DNA of 64,000 nucleotides from assembly GCF_052425735.1 (NCBI RefSeq), contig NC_135770.1, positions 22,010,001-22,074,000 on the forward strand, given 5' to 3'. The DNA is from Oculina patagonica. Taxonomy: Eukaryota. The notes beneath the pieces were generated by a model, which saw nothing but the letters and a program-made list of their open reading frames with translations, was not told the origin of the DNA and did no database searches. Made by a program: the position numbers and the translations under genes. Shown piece after piece: positions 24,567 to 37,847 of the stretch; position 1 is the stretch's first letter, and each line of letters starts with the position of its first letter.

Positions 24567-25649
24567 CTGGAAGAATTCTTCTCTTTCTAATAAAAATCTA
24601 CCGCTAAATGAATAGACTGAACTCGATATAAAATGCTTCTCTGTCTAATGTCTATAGGTGGAAATTAGAAGACCGTGAGGCGGGCACGAGGTCCTGGTGA
24701 CGTGTGCCCTAGCAAAAGATGTTTCTTTCAATGATTGTCCAAGACATAATGCGCCATCTATGACAGACTACAAAATCGTGCGTATAATAAGAGTGCGCCT
24801 GGGATATATCGCCTCCGTAAAAATGTCGGAAAGTGGGTAGGTTGGATTTTGAGACTTTTCAAGAATAGACTCTTGACCTGAAAAGGGACTAAGACTGGAA
24901 GTGGCTTTTGCTCTGCTCGATAATAATTGAACACGGAGTTTCCGGCATCGTAGCACAGCTGACTCTCTCTCGTTACCATAAGTTGGGTGGACGAGGTGAT
25001 CAGTCATTAAGTCTTTCAAGTAATAATGTGTTCTAGAACGCTTGTTCCCAGGAGGAATGAAATCGGTGTACCTAAACATAACCTTTGATAGCAGGGTAAG
25101 ATCGACAAAAAGTTCAACTCATTTGGAATTAAACTGGGGGCGCAGCTGTAGGAAAAGCGCTTTGAATCCAATGACTTAGCTCCAGCCAAGTATGACCACA
25201 TCATACTGAAGGGGTTACAGGGGTTTTTGGCATAAGGGAACATGTAGAGTTATTTCTAGGGAACTAGAAATAGATTATTTTGACTAAACAAGGGATACAA
25301 TTAACGGAGACTTTTCGCGGAAAACACTTTAGGAAACCAGTAAATTTCCCCAAGGGATAAAGGGAATATATTAACCCCACCTCCCCTCCCCCTGGGAGGA
25401 TCTGTCGCAAGGCGGAACGAATGCGTTTTGCATGCATGTATAACATCAAAATATTATTCAGACACTTGATAATTCCCAACACCAATGTTTATTTGTTCTA
25501 TTATGACCGCTGTTTCTTAAATCTATTGACAGCACATTCCGAGATACAACTAACATGCATTAGTCAGCATCTTTCTATGTTTGCAAATTATTATTTTCTG
25601 ACAACAAATATTCTGACAGCTTCTAATTTTAACGTTGTCAGTGTTCTTC

Positions 25650-28600
25650 TCACTGAACCAAAATATATCCCATGGCTTTGATGTTTTTGTTTCCATTATC
25701 TGTAAAGCAGCATGCCACGTTTCCACACTTGTTGGAGTCATCAGGATTCCCTCCTGAACCAAACCCGATTCTGGAATCACAGGTTTGGCACTCATTATTG
25801 TCACCAAGAACACCGATTCTTGCTCTAGAATAGGCACTATTAGTGCTCACAACATTGAAACCCTCCTTGTTACAATTAGTCTGTAAGGAGGCCTGTGAAC
25901 CAATCAGCGTCTTCCACGTGTTAAGACCCAGTGAGGTGGCGCGGTATTGCCCATCAGCGATCAGTGAGTACAGAGAGTCAGCCTGCTTGTTGATGACAAT
26001 GAAGTTGATCTGTTGGCCGATCTTCATACCAAGACAAATCTTGGAGAAGGCTGTGTTCCAGTAGGTCGGTAACTTGGTCTCTTGTGTGTCAAACCCAGTC
26101 TCTCCTCCAGGAAGGTTGTATTCATTTTTATCGCTCCAGTACCCCGAGGTATAATGAAAGGTGCTCTGAAAAAAAAAATCACTTCATATCTCAATATTTG
26201 AACAGATGTCTTAACGGTTATCTTATTTCAGAAATCAGGATTCTGCGCCATTAGAAAGGATGACCATTAAATGTCATTCCTTGTTTCCGTCAATCTTCAT
26301 GACCGGCGTCCATGCCCCATCTCCACATCCAAAATCTCCAAAGTGACAGAAAACGGAAGTTGGTTTTGTGTCAAAGTGGAGCGTAACCAGCTCACTAATC
26401 CTCGACCTGTTGAATATTAAAACGTCTGTTACCAAGAGATAGTGTAAAAAGAGAAACAAAAATAAAAAAAAAGTAACCAAAAACATCGACCACGGTCCAT
26501 GTTTCAAAGGCTTTCATAAGGGTCTAACGTTTCGATCACTCCGGAGATTAATTTTTATTGCTCTTTCTAATCAACTGTTTCCTAATTTGCTCCAAAATAT
26601 TTTCGAGTTTGATGTCAATGTTTCATAACAATAAACTAATCACTCAAGTCCCAGAATTCTAAGGAAGACGGATTTGCTCTTTCCTATTTGTTGCCACCTT
26701 TTTTCAACGCTAGATGTGGAAAAAACAAAAACAAAAACATGTTCGTCATTTTTAAGTAACAAATTCAATAACGAAATTTTAATTATCTAACTTTCTGATA
26801 TCAATGACCTCAACTGTTTTTGACTTACTTGTTTTCGTCATACAGTTCCTTGCAAGACTTTGCAGCTGGAAGAGGTAGAACAAAAAATATATGTTAGCTT
26901 CTTTAGAACAGAGTAGTCATTGCCACCTCGCTATAAATTCGGCTATAAAATGGGGAGGAGGGAAATTGATATTCCTTGATTTATTACCAGTTCAAAATAC
27001 CTTCATGGCAGTTTGTTCCACTGAATCCAGTGCGACAGATACAACGAAAACCTTTACTGGTGAATCCAGCTTGACAGGTGCCATTGTTCAAACATGGGCT
27101 GCTGCTACAATGATTCTGTTAAGAGAGAGAAAAAAAGAATAAGCCACTCCACTCTATTAAGGCCCCATCCCCTTCAAAGGTCTCAATAGCCCTTCTAAGG
27201 GATATGTTATTTTTTTCTTAATGTTGTTTAATAACTTACCTTATTACATGAAGTTTTCGCGACACGTTAATTTCGCGATTTAGAGGTGTACATATTTCGC
27301 GACACTTAAATTTCGCGATTTTGCGAAAATTTTGTATTTGAATCCCTTTAATTTCGCGTTTTTTAATAAGATACAATTTACATTTCCTTTGCAATATTAT
27401 TTTAAATAAAACTACTTCAAAGGAAAAATAACATCAAAATTAAGAAAACGCAAGGGCGGGACTAAATTTCGGCAGTAGCAACAACAGAGCAGTTGTCACA
27501 ATGTCTACAAACAGGTCATGCTTGTACGTGAGTTATTGTTCTTGAGTCCATTGACGACAACATCCATTTAGATTGATATTTCCTTCCTTCAGTTGAACTC
27601 AACTTCTTTCTTTCTTTATTATTGACATAATGTGAGTCACTTAATTTTTGCGTCATGTTATGTTCGCGACACTTGTAATTCACGTCACTTTAATTTCGCG
27701 ATTTTTTGAAATCGCGAAATTCGCGAAATTAACGTGACGCGAAAATTTCATGTAATAAGGTGAATGCCCCTAGAAATTTTAACCGTATACTACCTACACA
27801 ATTTAACTTTAAAGATAATGGTCTTACCATTTTATAGATGTCAAGTACGGTGCAGTTAAAGTTTATCTAGTTAGTAAACTGCCAGTTTTTGGTCAGGCCT
27901 TAAGGATCTCTTTGAAGATTGATTTTTAATGTAGCTTTGAAAAAAAAATCACCTCAGTGCCGATGTAGGTAAAGCCTGCTCGTGGTTTAAGATCTTCAGG
28001 GTGAAAAGAGTGATCCGAGTCACTCAGCTCGCATACTACTCTGTCGTTTATTGGTGGACCGATGTTGATTGACACGCAGCGACTCTCCATAACACATTGA
28101 CCTCTGCAAGGATCACGTGTCTGACCCAGTTGTAGAGAAAGGTTTTTAATCACGTGACCGTTAAGAGCGTGGCCATCTTTTTCAGTAGTAAATTTAACGT
28201 GTCGCCCGCACGTGCCTGCAAATAAAATAATAATACTATTAAAAGACAACATAAATAAACGCAGCCTTATTAACGGAGGCTGTTAGATTTACACTATGTA
28301 ACTTCATTTTTACTCGTGAATGCATAATGAACGAGTATAGTGGGGAAGTTTAGCCATCCGTCCATCCTTCCATCGTTGTTAACATTATGCAAATTAGGTA
28401 TGCTCACAGGCGCTTTCTAAATTTCGTTTCCCTCGGCTGTGAATAAAAATACAGCTTTACAAAGGTATCAGTTCAAAGAAATAAGTGTAGAAAATACTTC
28501 ACCCCTGTAAATGAGAAACAATCGTTTCCCAAACGATGAAATATTGCCTTTTCTTATACAGTATAATAATCGCGAACATTCGGAAACGATGACCAGTGAC

Positions 28601-30963
28601 TTTATGTATCTGTTATTTAAAGACTGGGAAGGTTAGAGCACGGCACGATTTATTAAAGGATAATCAGTAAAAGAGTAACGAAACTCTATACAAGACAGAT
28701 ATGAATATAATATACGTGGAAAAAAAATAAGAAGAATAAAAGAATTTTAGCCACAGGGTATGAGAGTTGATCCCGCGTCACACGCTTTAGAACGCAGAGG
28801 AGTACCACTGAGCCATCGGTTTACTAAGCAATTAAAATGATGAAAAAAGTAATTCTTATACCAAAGCGACCTGTTATGTGTTCACCCTCTTTAAATAAAG
28901 TTGATTATTATTATTAATCCCTATAATGAATATTTTCCATCGATACTGTATTGTTGAAAGGAACGATTCAAATATACCTAACGCATTCACGAGTAGGTCA
29001 TAGACCTCTTTGATATGAATACATCATCTTTTATATATATAATTGTTTTATTTGTTCCATTTTTTATTTTTACTATTATTACTGTTGCTTATCTTATTAA
29101 ACTGGCGCCTATTATTTTCAAGTTTTGTTGTTTGCTTACCGTTTGAAAATTAATATAAAATACTTTATGTATTTCACGACTTATAAAGGTGCATGCACAT
29201 GTTTGAGGACAGAACTCTGGCTCGTCGATTACAACTAGCAAAGAGTAGATTTATTGTCTAAATGAAGTAGTCCTCGTATTCTACAGACTCTATACATTGC
29301 ACGGCACGCAAAGACACTTCACAGTTTTCGACACCGAAACCCTTTGACGAAGCCACTTGCTTAACGAAATGCTTACACAAAATGCAGACAATATTGAAAC
29401 GGTGGTGTCCTCGGGTATCAAGGACACATTTCAGCTGGCATTTTTATCCAAAGACCATTAAAAACTCAATTAAAAATCCATTAAAGGTTTCTCTCCATAT
29501 ATTCTACCGCCGACGTGATCTATTTATTGCCCTCCGACTATTCTGAATACGGCGGACAAACTGCAAAATGGATGTGACATTCGTCCTTTGGGGACGACCA
29601 GGCTCACAGGTAAGCATTAAACCGTGCCTTGGAATCTTCGATGCTACTTTCGACACGCTCCGATAGTGGAATTCATTTTTTCAGTGTAAACATATCAGTG
29701 GAGGGAACCGCTGAGGTCCTCTTGCGGCAACATTTTTCACACTGGTGGGAAAAATGTGACATTTTAGTGGGCTAACTGCGGGCTATAAAGAGTGACCGGT
29801 TGGGCAGCTCAGTATTGTTAACACGCTCCCATTACGCCAGCCCAGAAGCTTCACCATTATATATATAGCATATTATTGATGACAATGGTCTTGCAATATT
29901 GTGTCGTAATTCACCATATAAATGAAAGGCAAAGCGCACGCAAACGTCGATTAGAGCATTGTGAATAATTAACATTTTTTTTCCAAAACATCTGCTCGTG
30001 GCTTGTTTTGAAAGTGACGGAGACACTTCACGTACAAAAACAAAACTAAAGTATTTTAGCACTTTAGATGTTTTGGAACACTTCATGTAGCAACTTCTAA
30101 TAGAGCAACAATATTTTAATATCGCGACTGAAACAGAATTTGATAACTTGATTTAAATCTATGTGACACAGTGGGAACTTTAACGTTTGGTTTTTCCATT
30201 TTCTTTTTAACTGTAGACAAATATTTGTTTCATAAATTTCAGTAAATTGTAAAAGAGATTCTGAATTGTTTTCTTTAAATACTTTAGGACGGACACGTAT
30301 ATGGTTGACTAAAAAATTCGTTGGAATTTATACATTTTTTAGAAAGTGTATGTTTTAGCTTTTCATAAGAAAGTAGCAAAAGTGGTATACTTTTTTCTTT
30401 CTTTGTTATATGTATATATATAAATTTTAATGCACAAATTTTGACAATTTTTATATCTAATTTCAATCCTTCGATGTTTCTTTATAGACACTGGGATGTA
30501 AATGTATGTCCTACTGAAATAACTAAAGAATCGGATAACAGGAGCCATTGTTTTTTGCAACTATGTAGTTACATAAATGTTTCTTCGACTTCTTCGACAA
30601 TTTATTTTCTATTCAGTTCTGGTTGACACCCATAGTATATCAAATAACCAGCTATTGTGTTATTAAGATACAAAATTACAGGAAACAAGGAAATAAAGAA
30701 TGTTACAAAGACAATAAACCCTTTTTTAATTTTTTATTTGCAAAACACATAGTTACATACACTACTTTAAATGAAATAGCTTTTCTAACGGATTCCTTCT
30801 AGAACAGAGTATTTTGATATCAACTGAATAAGTTATAACACAAACGCAAAAAAGCAAGAATAGCTTCGTATAAACAACAAATGGTACAGAACTTACCTTG
30901 AGTTTCGTCGGTGATCAGAGAAAGCGCAAGAAAAAAAATAGGCCAAATGAAAAGAGAGAACAT
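25650..30963 (-). CDS. Gene B: six-exon secreted SP-PAN-EGF-(USOMP5-like) protein; exon-5 donor is GA, so possibly a recent pseudogene
   Basis: Exons 30897-30963, 27953-28215 (different PAN-like type), 27001-27115 ([17 protein letters not shown]), 26829-26865, 26280-26406, 25650-26165. All are open and phase-compatible. Intron 5 starts GAATGA instead of GT. Confidence 0.85.
27237..27761. mobile_element. TACCTTATT-type MITE in gene B intron 2
   Basis: TIR taccttattacatgaa / ttcatgtaataaggt. Same family as 23105-23698. Confidence 0.8.
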
Positions 30964-31422
30964 GGTAACTGAGAAAAAAAAATATTTCCTCGGGAGTCGG
31001 ACAAACGTGTTAACAAGTTTACTGCCAACAATATCACTTTTTTTTGCCAATAAAGTATTTTAATGTCGGTTTTAGCCAATGAGAGAAGTTTGTTTGATGA
31101 CAGCGCGCAGCATCCATTAGTCACAAATGGAGCATTAGTAATTGCTCATTCGTTTTGTATTGAAATGTTGACAACTGAAAGCTAGTGTTACTCTTTTGGC
31201 AGGAGTTAAATAAGAAAAAAAACATTCAGCTTCTAGCTAGTAACTGAACTTTCTGTATAGGCAATCGAATGATACATTTTACGATGCAAGAGCTTTTTTT
31301 TTTGCAAATTTTTTCTCGCTTCAGCCTCAATTCTAAGATTGCAGGTGTCAACACCTTAATTAAACATTCAAACATACCGATCACTGGTAATAAGGATTAA
31401 GCAAATTCTCCCAACTAATGCC

Positions 31423-31746
31423 AGACTGTTGTGCTGAAGGTCTCGGGTTCTACTCCCACACCGGACCAACACTGACATCTGCAAATGGTAAGATGTTCTA
31501 GTCTTCTCGGACAAGGACGATAAACTGTAGGCCTCGTCTCCTGCATCTTCAGTGTTATATGGTCAGCAGGGGACGTTAAAGAACCCACACACTTATCGAA
31601 AAGAGAAGGGCACGGAGTTCCTGGTGTCGTGGTCTGGCCTTGTTTCATGGGTTGGTGCTTCACATAGGGTTAACTTCATTGCGCCTTTCAGCATTGGACA
31701 TGATAGTCCAAGAAGAATTACTATGATGATGATGATGACGACGATG
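31423..31746 (+). mobile_element. tRNA-derived SINE with (GAT)n tail (no LINE insertion)
   Basis: Co-linear with 13118-13457 and continues straight into gctaaaagcaagg. Confidence 0.75.
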
Positions 31747-32920
31747 CTAAAAGCAAGGAGACCATTAAAGAGAATTTGTGTGTTGATATTGGCGATTTAA
31801 TTTGTTCTCTATAATAAATCTTAATAAGTCGCGTGGTAATGGTTTCCTGTCTCGTGTTGTTTATGAGTCGTGGTAGTATCTTCCTGTGTTTGTGTTATTT
31901 TTGTATTGCCTCTAGGGAAACCGAACGTTCCAGTACATTAACCACCAGTAAACAAATTCCCTTTAATAGTTTTGGCGTTTTTGCACCGTAAATAATTGAT
32001 TATGATCCTACGTTTTTATATTATTTAAAGATATATTCTTGAACAGTATTTAGTTGGGGTGTATTTGTCTTGATAAAAGAGAATATTTCATCCCTTCTTG
32101 GACAGAGTCGTTTTTTCGAAGTACAGGCAAAACTGTAGCAAACTGGCTGACTATGCCAAACTCCCATCGAGAAGAATATGTTTTTTACCTGAAAGGCTAA
32201 ATAACATAGAAACTGGTTTTGCAGGTTAACAGCGGAAATCACATAGTCGAATATCGGTCAAGTGCTGAATGAGCGCGAGGTATCGACCGAGTATTGATCG
32301 ATACCTTCGATCAACCCTATCCAAACCGGCCGACCAAACTCCCGTCGTTGGAGTATATGTTTCATATCTGAAAACTTAATTTCAGATGACTTTAATTTGC
32401 ACACTATTTTTGTATGTCAACAGCAGTAGTTCCAGACTTTTTCGTGGAGAAAAATTCTGTAAAAGCTAGCCAATTTTAATGACGAAATCGCCAAGTCAAA
32501 TATCGGCCGAACGTCGACTGACGTATCGACCGGGTATTGATCGACATATCAACAGCTGCATGTCGGGCGAGGATCGATACAATCGGTTGACTCGGCCGCA
32601 TGTCCTAATAATACGTACAACTGAACAATCCTCACGGGCTTGCTTTCTTTTTTTGCGAATTTGTTGTGCAGGTTATCTTAATGAGTTCATCTCTCATGGC
32701 AGCCCTTGCCTTGATTTCCGCTAAAAAGAAAAAAACGCAATGTTCGGATGCAATCTATTCAGCTCAGTCTGTGTCCCATTGTGCTGTGGCAGTATTTAGC
32801 AAACCTCAAGTGATCTTCAGCGAAATCCTAGAGGGGCTTCAGACTGTTTCAGTGATCATTGGGCACCTTTAGGGGGATCTTTCGTGATAATGCCAGTACC
32901 GAGATATCTTATAAATAAAA

Positions 32921-34800
32921 TTATTATATACTCAACAAAATACCGCGTTTTTGATTGGTCAATGACGAATGCATAAATAGGTTATAGAGTGCAAATTGGG
33001 GTTATAGAGTGCAATACAGAAGTTGCTATGGAAACACCGGGGAAGCGCCAAATTTGAAAACCAAATTAAAAAATGGCGGACAGCCGGTTTGCTTTGTCAA
33101 ACCAAAATATCGTCGAGCAACTTAAGGAAAATGCGAGAAACAAAAACACGTTGAAAGCTACACAGACCTGGTTGAATGTTTGGCAAACATGGGCAACAGA
33201 GAGAAAAGTAAACCCAAAAATGGAAGAATACGAGCACGAACAACTCGATGAGATGTTGCAAACCTTCTACACAGAAATACGCACAAAAGACGGGTTTGAA
33301 TACGAACCTGAGAGTTTAAAATCCATGCTGGCAGCCCTTGACCGCTATTTAAAAGAACACGGCTACAAGTACTCGATAATTAGAGACCGAGAGTTCCACC
33401 AGTCCAAATTGGTACTTGAAGGAAAAGTGAAGTGTCTCCGACAGCAAGGAAAAGGCAAAAGACCCAACGCCGCGAACGCACTGACAACCGAGGAAGAAGA
33501 AATGCTATGGAGTGAACAAAGTCTCGGTGACTGCAGCCCAAGAGTTCTTTCCCAGACGATGTGGTGGCTCTTGACTCAACATTTTGGCCTGAGGGGAAGA
33601 CAGGAACACCACTCAATGGAAGTCGAGGACTTTAGTTTTTGTGTGGACGACAGTGGCACAGAGTACGTCACATTTAAAGAGAATCCTACAAAAACGAGGC
33701 AGGGAGGACTTAACACAAAACATCGTAGTGTTCTGTCAAAAATGTTCGCTACTGGCGGTCAGAGATGTCCCGTTGAATTGCTGAAGCAATACCTCAGTAG
33801 ACGTCCTCAAGAGCTGCGAGAAAAAGGTCCTTTTTACCTTGCCATAATTGAAAACCCCAAAACAAATGTTTGGTACAAGAAGCAGCGCCTCGGCGTAAAC
33901 AGTATCGACAACATGATGAAGAGCGTTGTAAAGAACACACCTCTGGAGAAAAGCAAGAAGAGATTGACTAACCACAGCGCAAGGAAGACGGTTGTGAAGA
34001 AACTGAGGGCAGCAAGCGTCGAGAGGCAGTCGATAATCCAGGTGACTGGACACGTAAGCGAGAAATCTCTTAACGACTACGATGAAGGTAGCGAGAAGGA
34101 ACAGCAACAACTCTCCAACATTATCAGCATGCCTCCACAGTCAGCAGCTTCGAGCAGTTTCGCAGGTGTACCCGCAATGCCGTCTTTTCCCGCTACAACT
34201 TCAAGAGGTGAACAGGTGAACACAAGCAGCCATGCTTACACCGTGAACAATTTTCACAACTGCCAAGTCACATTTAATGTGATTCAAGGACAGTGCACTT
34301 CACCTAAGTCTGTGAATCCGAATGCTATTTAGTGAGTCCGATTGAGATTAAAAACATTCAGGAACATTTGAAAAGAGATAAGTGAACCAGTATTCTTGTC
34401 GCTTTTAACAACTGAAATTTAGCTTTTTGAGTTCAGCTTGTAAGCGTATATTTTCTCAGAAACTTTTCAAAACTTCACGCTTGATTTGCCTTGTCACAAC
34501 ATGATATTTTTTGATTGGTTCAAATAAAACATGTGAGCATTTGGGAAACCATTGAAGCGTTTCATGTGGTATGCATGGCGTGCAAATAGCGCGACGCAGT
34601 AATTTTTGTTGAGTACATAATAAATAAAAAATCGTGTGAACTTGCTCGTGCATTACGTGATTTATGGTCACTCGTGATGTTTTAAAAGTTCTTAAATTGC
34701 ACTCGCCTACGGCTCGGGCAATTTTGAGAACTTTTAAAACATCACTCGTGCCCATAAATCACGTAATGCACTCGCGTTCATACGATTTCCTGTACTTATT
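32921..34800 (+). mobile_element. Crypton-type tyrosine-recombinase DNA transposon, apparently full length
   Basis: Absent from the paralogous site at 18721-18790. ttatt direct repeat at both ends. Inverted repeat 32924-32940 / 34604-34620. Long 3' hairpin at about 34625-34795. Confidence 0.88.
33073..34332 (+). CDS. Crypton tyrosine recombinase (DUF3504, related to ZMYM/KCTD1/QRICH1), 419 aa
   Basis: YEPESL box, catalytic set GLRGRQE, KTRQGG, NHSARK, TGH, LNDY. The ORF is uninterrupted. Confidence 0.92.
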   Translation: MADSRFALSNQNIVEQLKENARNKNTLKATQTWLNVWQTWATERKVNPKMEEYEHEQLDEMLQTFYTEIRTKDGFEYEPESLKSMLAALDRYLKEHGYKYSIIRDREFHQSKLVLEGKVKCLRQQGKGKRPNAANALTTEEEEMLWSEQSLGDCSPRVLSQTMWWLLTQHFGLRGRQEHHSMEVEDFSFCVDDSGTEYVTFKENPTKTRQGGLNTKHRSVLSKMFATGGQRCPVELLKQYLSRRPQELREKGPFYLAIIENPKTNVWYKKQRLGVNSIDNMMKSVVKNTPLEKSKKRLTNHSARKTVVKKLRAASVERQSIIQVTGHVSEKSLNDYDEGSEKEQQQLSNIISMPPQSAASSSFAGVPAMPSFPATTSRGEQVNTSSHAYTVNNFHNCQVTFNVIQGQCTSPKSVNPNAI

Positions 34801-35658
34801 TTACCCTATATTATTGAAGTTGGTTTTTTCAGGGACAATAATTCTTTTATGGTGCAGTACAGGGTATTTGACAACTCACAGCTAAATCTTGAGCACGTTA
34901 GTCGAAAGCTATGCTCAGTGAGAATATGGACCATGGATATTTAATAACCTGTAATGCGACTCAAGGGCAATTTCCTATAAAATTTTAGAAACTATTGTAC
35001 CTTTCCAACGGAAACCGTAGAATTGTCAAACTAAAATCAACTGGGGAATTTTTATGCAATTTTATTCAAGCGTAAAATTTAGTGATCTATCCTTTACGTG
35101 ATATGCTTGCGATTTACACTGATTTTCACACTGTTTTTTATACGGTGAATTAGTATAATGGTAAAAAAAAAAATATTTTTTTTTTTTTGGTTCTTTTTTT
35201 ATTTTATTCTCTTTTTTTTTGTTTTTTTTTTTTTTAAAAACCCCCCTTATAACGGATAAAAAAGGGGGTTGTGTTTTTTTTTTTTAAAAAAAAACAGACA
35301 AAAGGGGGAGGAAAAAAAAAAAGGGGGAAAAAAAAAAAATGGGGGGAAAAATGGGGGAGGAAAAAAGGGGGGGGGCGGGGGGGGAAACATCAGACAGATT
35401 AAAAAAAATCGCATGTTCACGACACACTCGAAACTACTCACATCCACGGCGAAACACGGCAAACAGCAGACAGAAACAACAACAACGACTACAAGTAGCT
35501 TTATTTGCATGAGCACAATTTCATACAGTAACAATAAAGTTATTAGCAAAGAAGAAATGACAATATTTAATCAATACTGAATTGATAGTATAATTTTGAG
35601 TTAATCTAAGTATGAAAATGTAAACTTCATCATCATTATCATTATTATTACTTTTATT

Positions 35659-35701
<43 letters not shown>

Positions 35702-36005
35702 ATATATTAATTCATTGGTGGCTTCTATTGGATCATTGCTTCATATTCGGTACGTGATATCCTATCTTCCTGTAAATATCGTCCCTTAAAATCAGTATTC
35801 AGGATAATTGAAAAGAAAAATAGCAAAAGTATGCTTTTTGCGGCTATTGTGGAAAACTAGGCTCAGCTTCTGGTTTGTTGTTTCTGTTAAATGCGATAAA
35901 AATCTGAAAGTGTTTTATTATTTTGTGCCCTAAACTACATCAATTTAAATGTCACATTCGAAATGGTTCCCAAGCCGTTTGTTTTAAAGTTCATTGTTTT
36001 CCTTG

Positions 36006-37815
36006 TCATTCCACCAAGATATATCCCGTGGCTTTGATGTGTTTGTTGCCATTATCTGCTAGGTGCGTTGCTTGGTTTCCACACGTGTTGGAGTCATCGT
36101 GTAGGCCTCCTGTGCCAAAGCCGATTCTGGAATCACAGCTGCGGCAGTCATTTTGCTCGTTACCAAGGATACCGATTCTTGCTTTCGAATTTGAAGAATT
36201 ACCCACAGAATTGAACCCTTCTTTGTTACAGTTGCGCTGTAAGGAGGCCTGAGAACCAATCAGCGTCTTCCACTTGTTACGACCCAGTGAGGTGGCGCGG
36301 TATTGCCCGTCAGCGATCAGTGAGTACAGAGAGCTGGCCTGCTTGTTGATGACAATGAAGTTGATCTGCTGGACGATCTTCATGCCTAGACAAATCTTGG
36401 AGAAGGGTGTGTTCCAGTAGCTCGGTAACTTGGTCTCTTGAGCGTCAAACCCAGTCTCCCCTCCTTGAAGATTGTATTCATTGTTATCGCTCCAGTACCC
36501 CGAGTTATAATGAAAGGTGTTCTGAAAAAAGGAAAAGTTCACTTCATATCTAGAATTATGAACGGACGCCTTCATGGTCATCTTATTTCAGAAATCAGGA
36601 TTCTGCGCCATTAGCAGGGCTGACCAGTAAATCTTATACCTTGTTTCCGTCAATCTTCATGACCGGCGTCCATCCCCCATCTCCACATCCAAAATCTCCA
36701 AAGTGACAGAGAATGGAAGTTCGTTTTGAGTCAAAATGGAGCGTAACCAGCTGGCTCAAGTTTGACCTGTTAATATAAGGAGATAAAGAATACGCCGCAA
36801 TAAATTGTAAAGAATTTAGTAATACTAGATCAAGAAGTCTATATACATCTCTTGAAATTGGTCTTGTGCTGACAGATTCTACAGTAGGCTATTTATGGAC
36901 GATTTTTTTTCGAGAACAACATAGACGGCGGAGCAGAAGGGCAGGGGGGGGGGGGGGGTCTGTAGCCTCCCAAACAACATTTTGGGGGGCTCAGCCTCCC
37001 CCCTCCACATTTCAGTGCCGAAAGTATTGATAGCGCAACAGAAAATTGGTTTGTCAAATGACAAATCGTTTTATCAGGATCGTGCTTGGCGTGATAATAT
37101 GGTGTAGGACTTTCAACAAAACTCCTTTCCCCAAGACGCTACTAGGGGAGGTCCGCAATCTGTTAAGATTGTATTTGACATTATTTTTTTCATCAGCCAC
37201 TTTTAGAGCATACATTTTCTGCCCTCCGACGTCTATAGAACAACCCAAAAAGCACCCTGAAGCAGGATTGTCTGAACTGCCTAGTTATGGATTGTCATTC
37301 AAAGGCTTCAAAACCGCGCAGCTCGTACCCTAATGTCTGCGAGCTATGATAGTAATTTAGATTATTTGTTGCGGACACTGGGGTGGCGAAGACTCTATTA
37401 TCAAAGATTGGAACACAAGTCTATCCTAATGTATAAAACATTACATGGTATGACTCCTGATTATCTGAGATCAAGATTCGTATATCGTGACGATGTTAGT
37501 GCTTATCGTTTAAGGAATACCGAAAACAAATTAGTTCTTCCACAACCTCGAACTGATTATCTCAAGAAAAGTTTTTCGTACAGCGGAGCTCAGTTTTGGA
37601 ACAATATACCTATAGACCTAAGAGAAGCATCTTCACTGGCCAAATTCAAATCTAAATTAAGTCGGCACAGTTTAAAGTAATATCTAAATTTTAAGTAAAT
37701 TTTAGACACGGCCTCCATGAAAAGCAGACTTTTCTTTTGTTATTTGAATTTGTTGTTATTAAATTTTTGTAGTTAGTTAGATAGGTAGATAGTCCAGTAA
37801 CTTAATTGACTGATA

Positions 37816-37847
<32 letters not shown>

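Noticed and set aside
29220-29830. GC-richer stretch in gene B intron 1 with a TATA-like motif
   Set aside because: No sustained ORF, termini or recognisable motif, so no call can be supported.
33073-34332. Host ZMYM/KCTD1/QRICH1 gene or phage integrase
   Set aside because: Intronless, catalytically complete, bounded by element ends and absent from the paralogous site, so it is a Crypton.
35160-35580. ORFs 35247..35549 and 35269..35580 (poly-K/G/F/P)
   Set aside because: Homopolymer-only stretch where the paralogue (about 11040-11210) has normal sequence. Most likely low-quality consensus.
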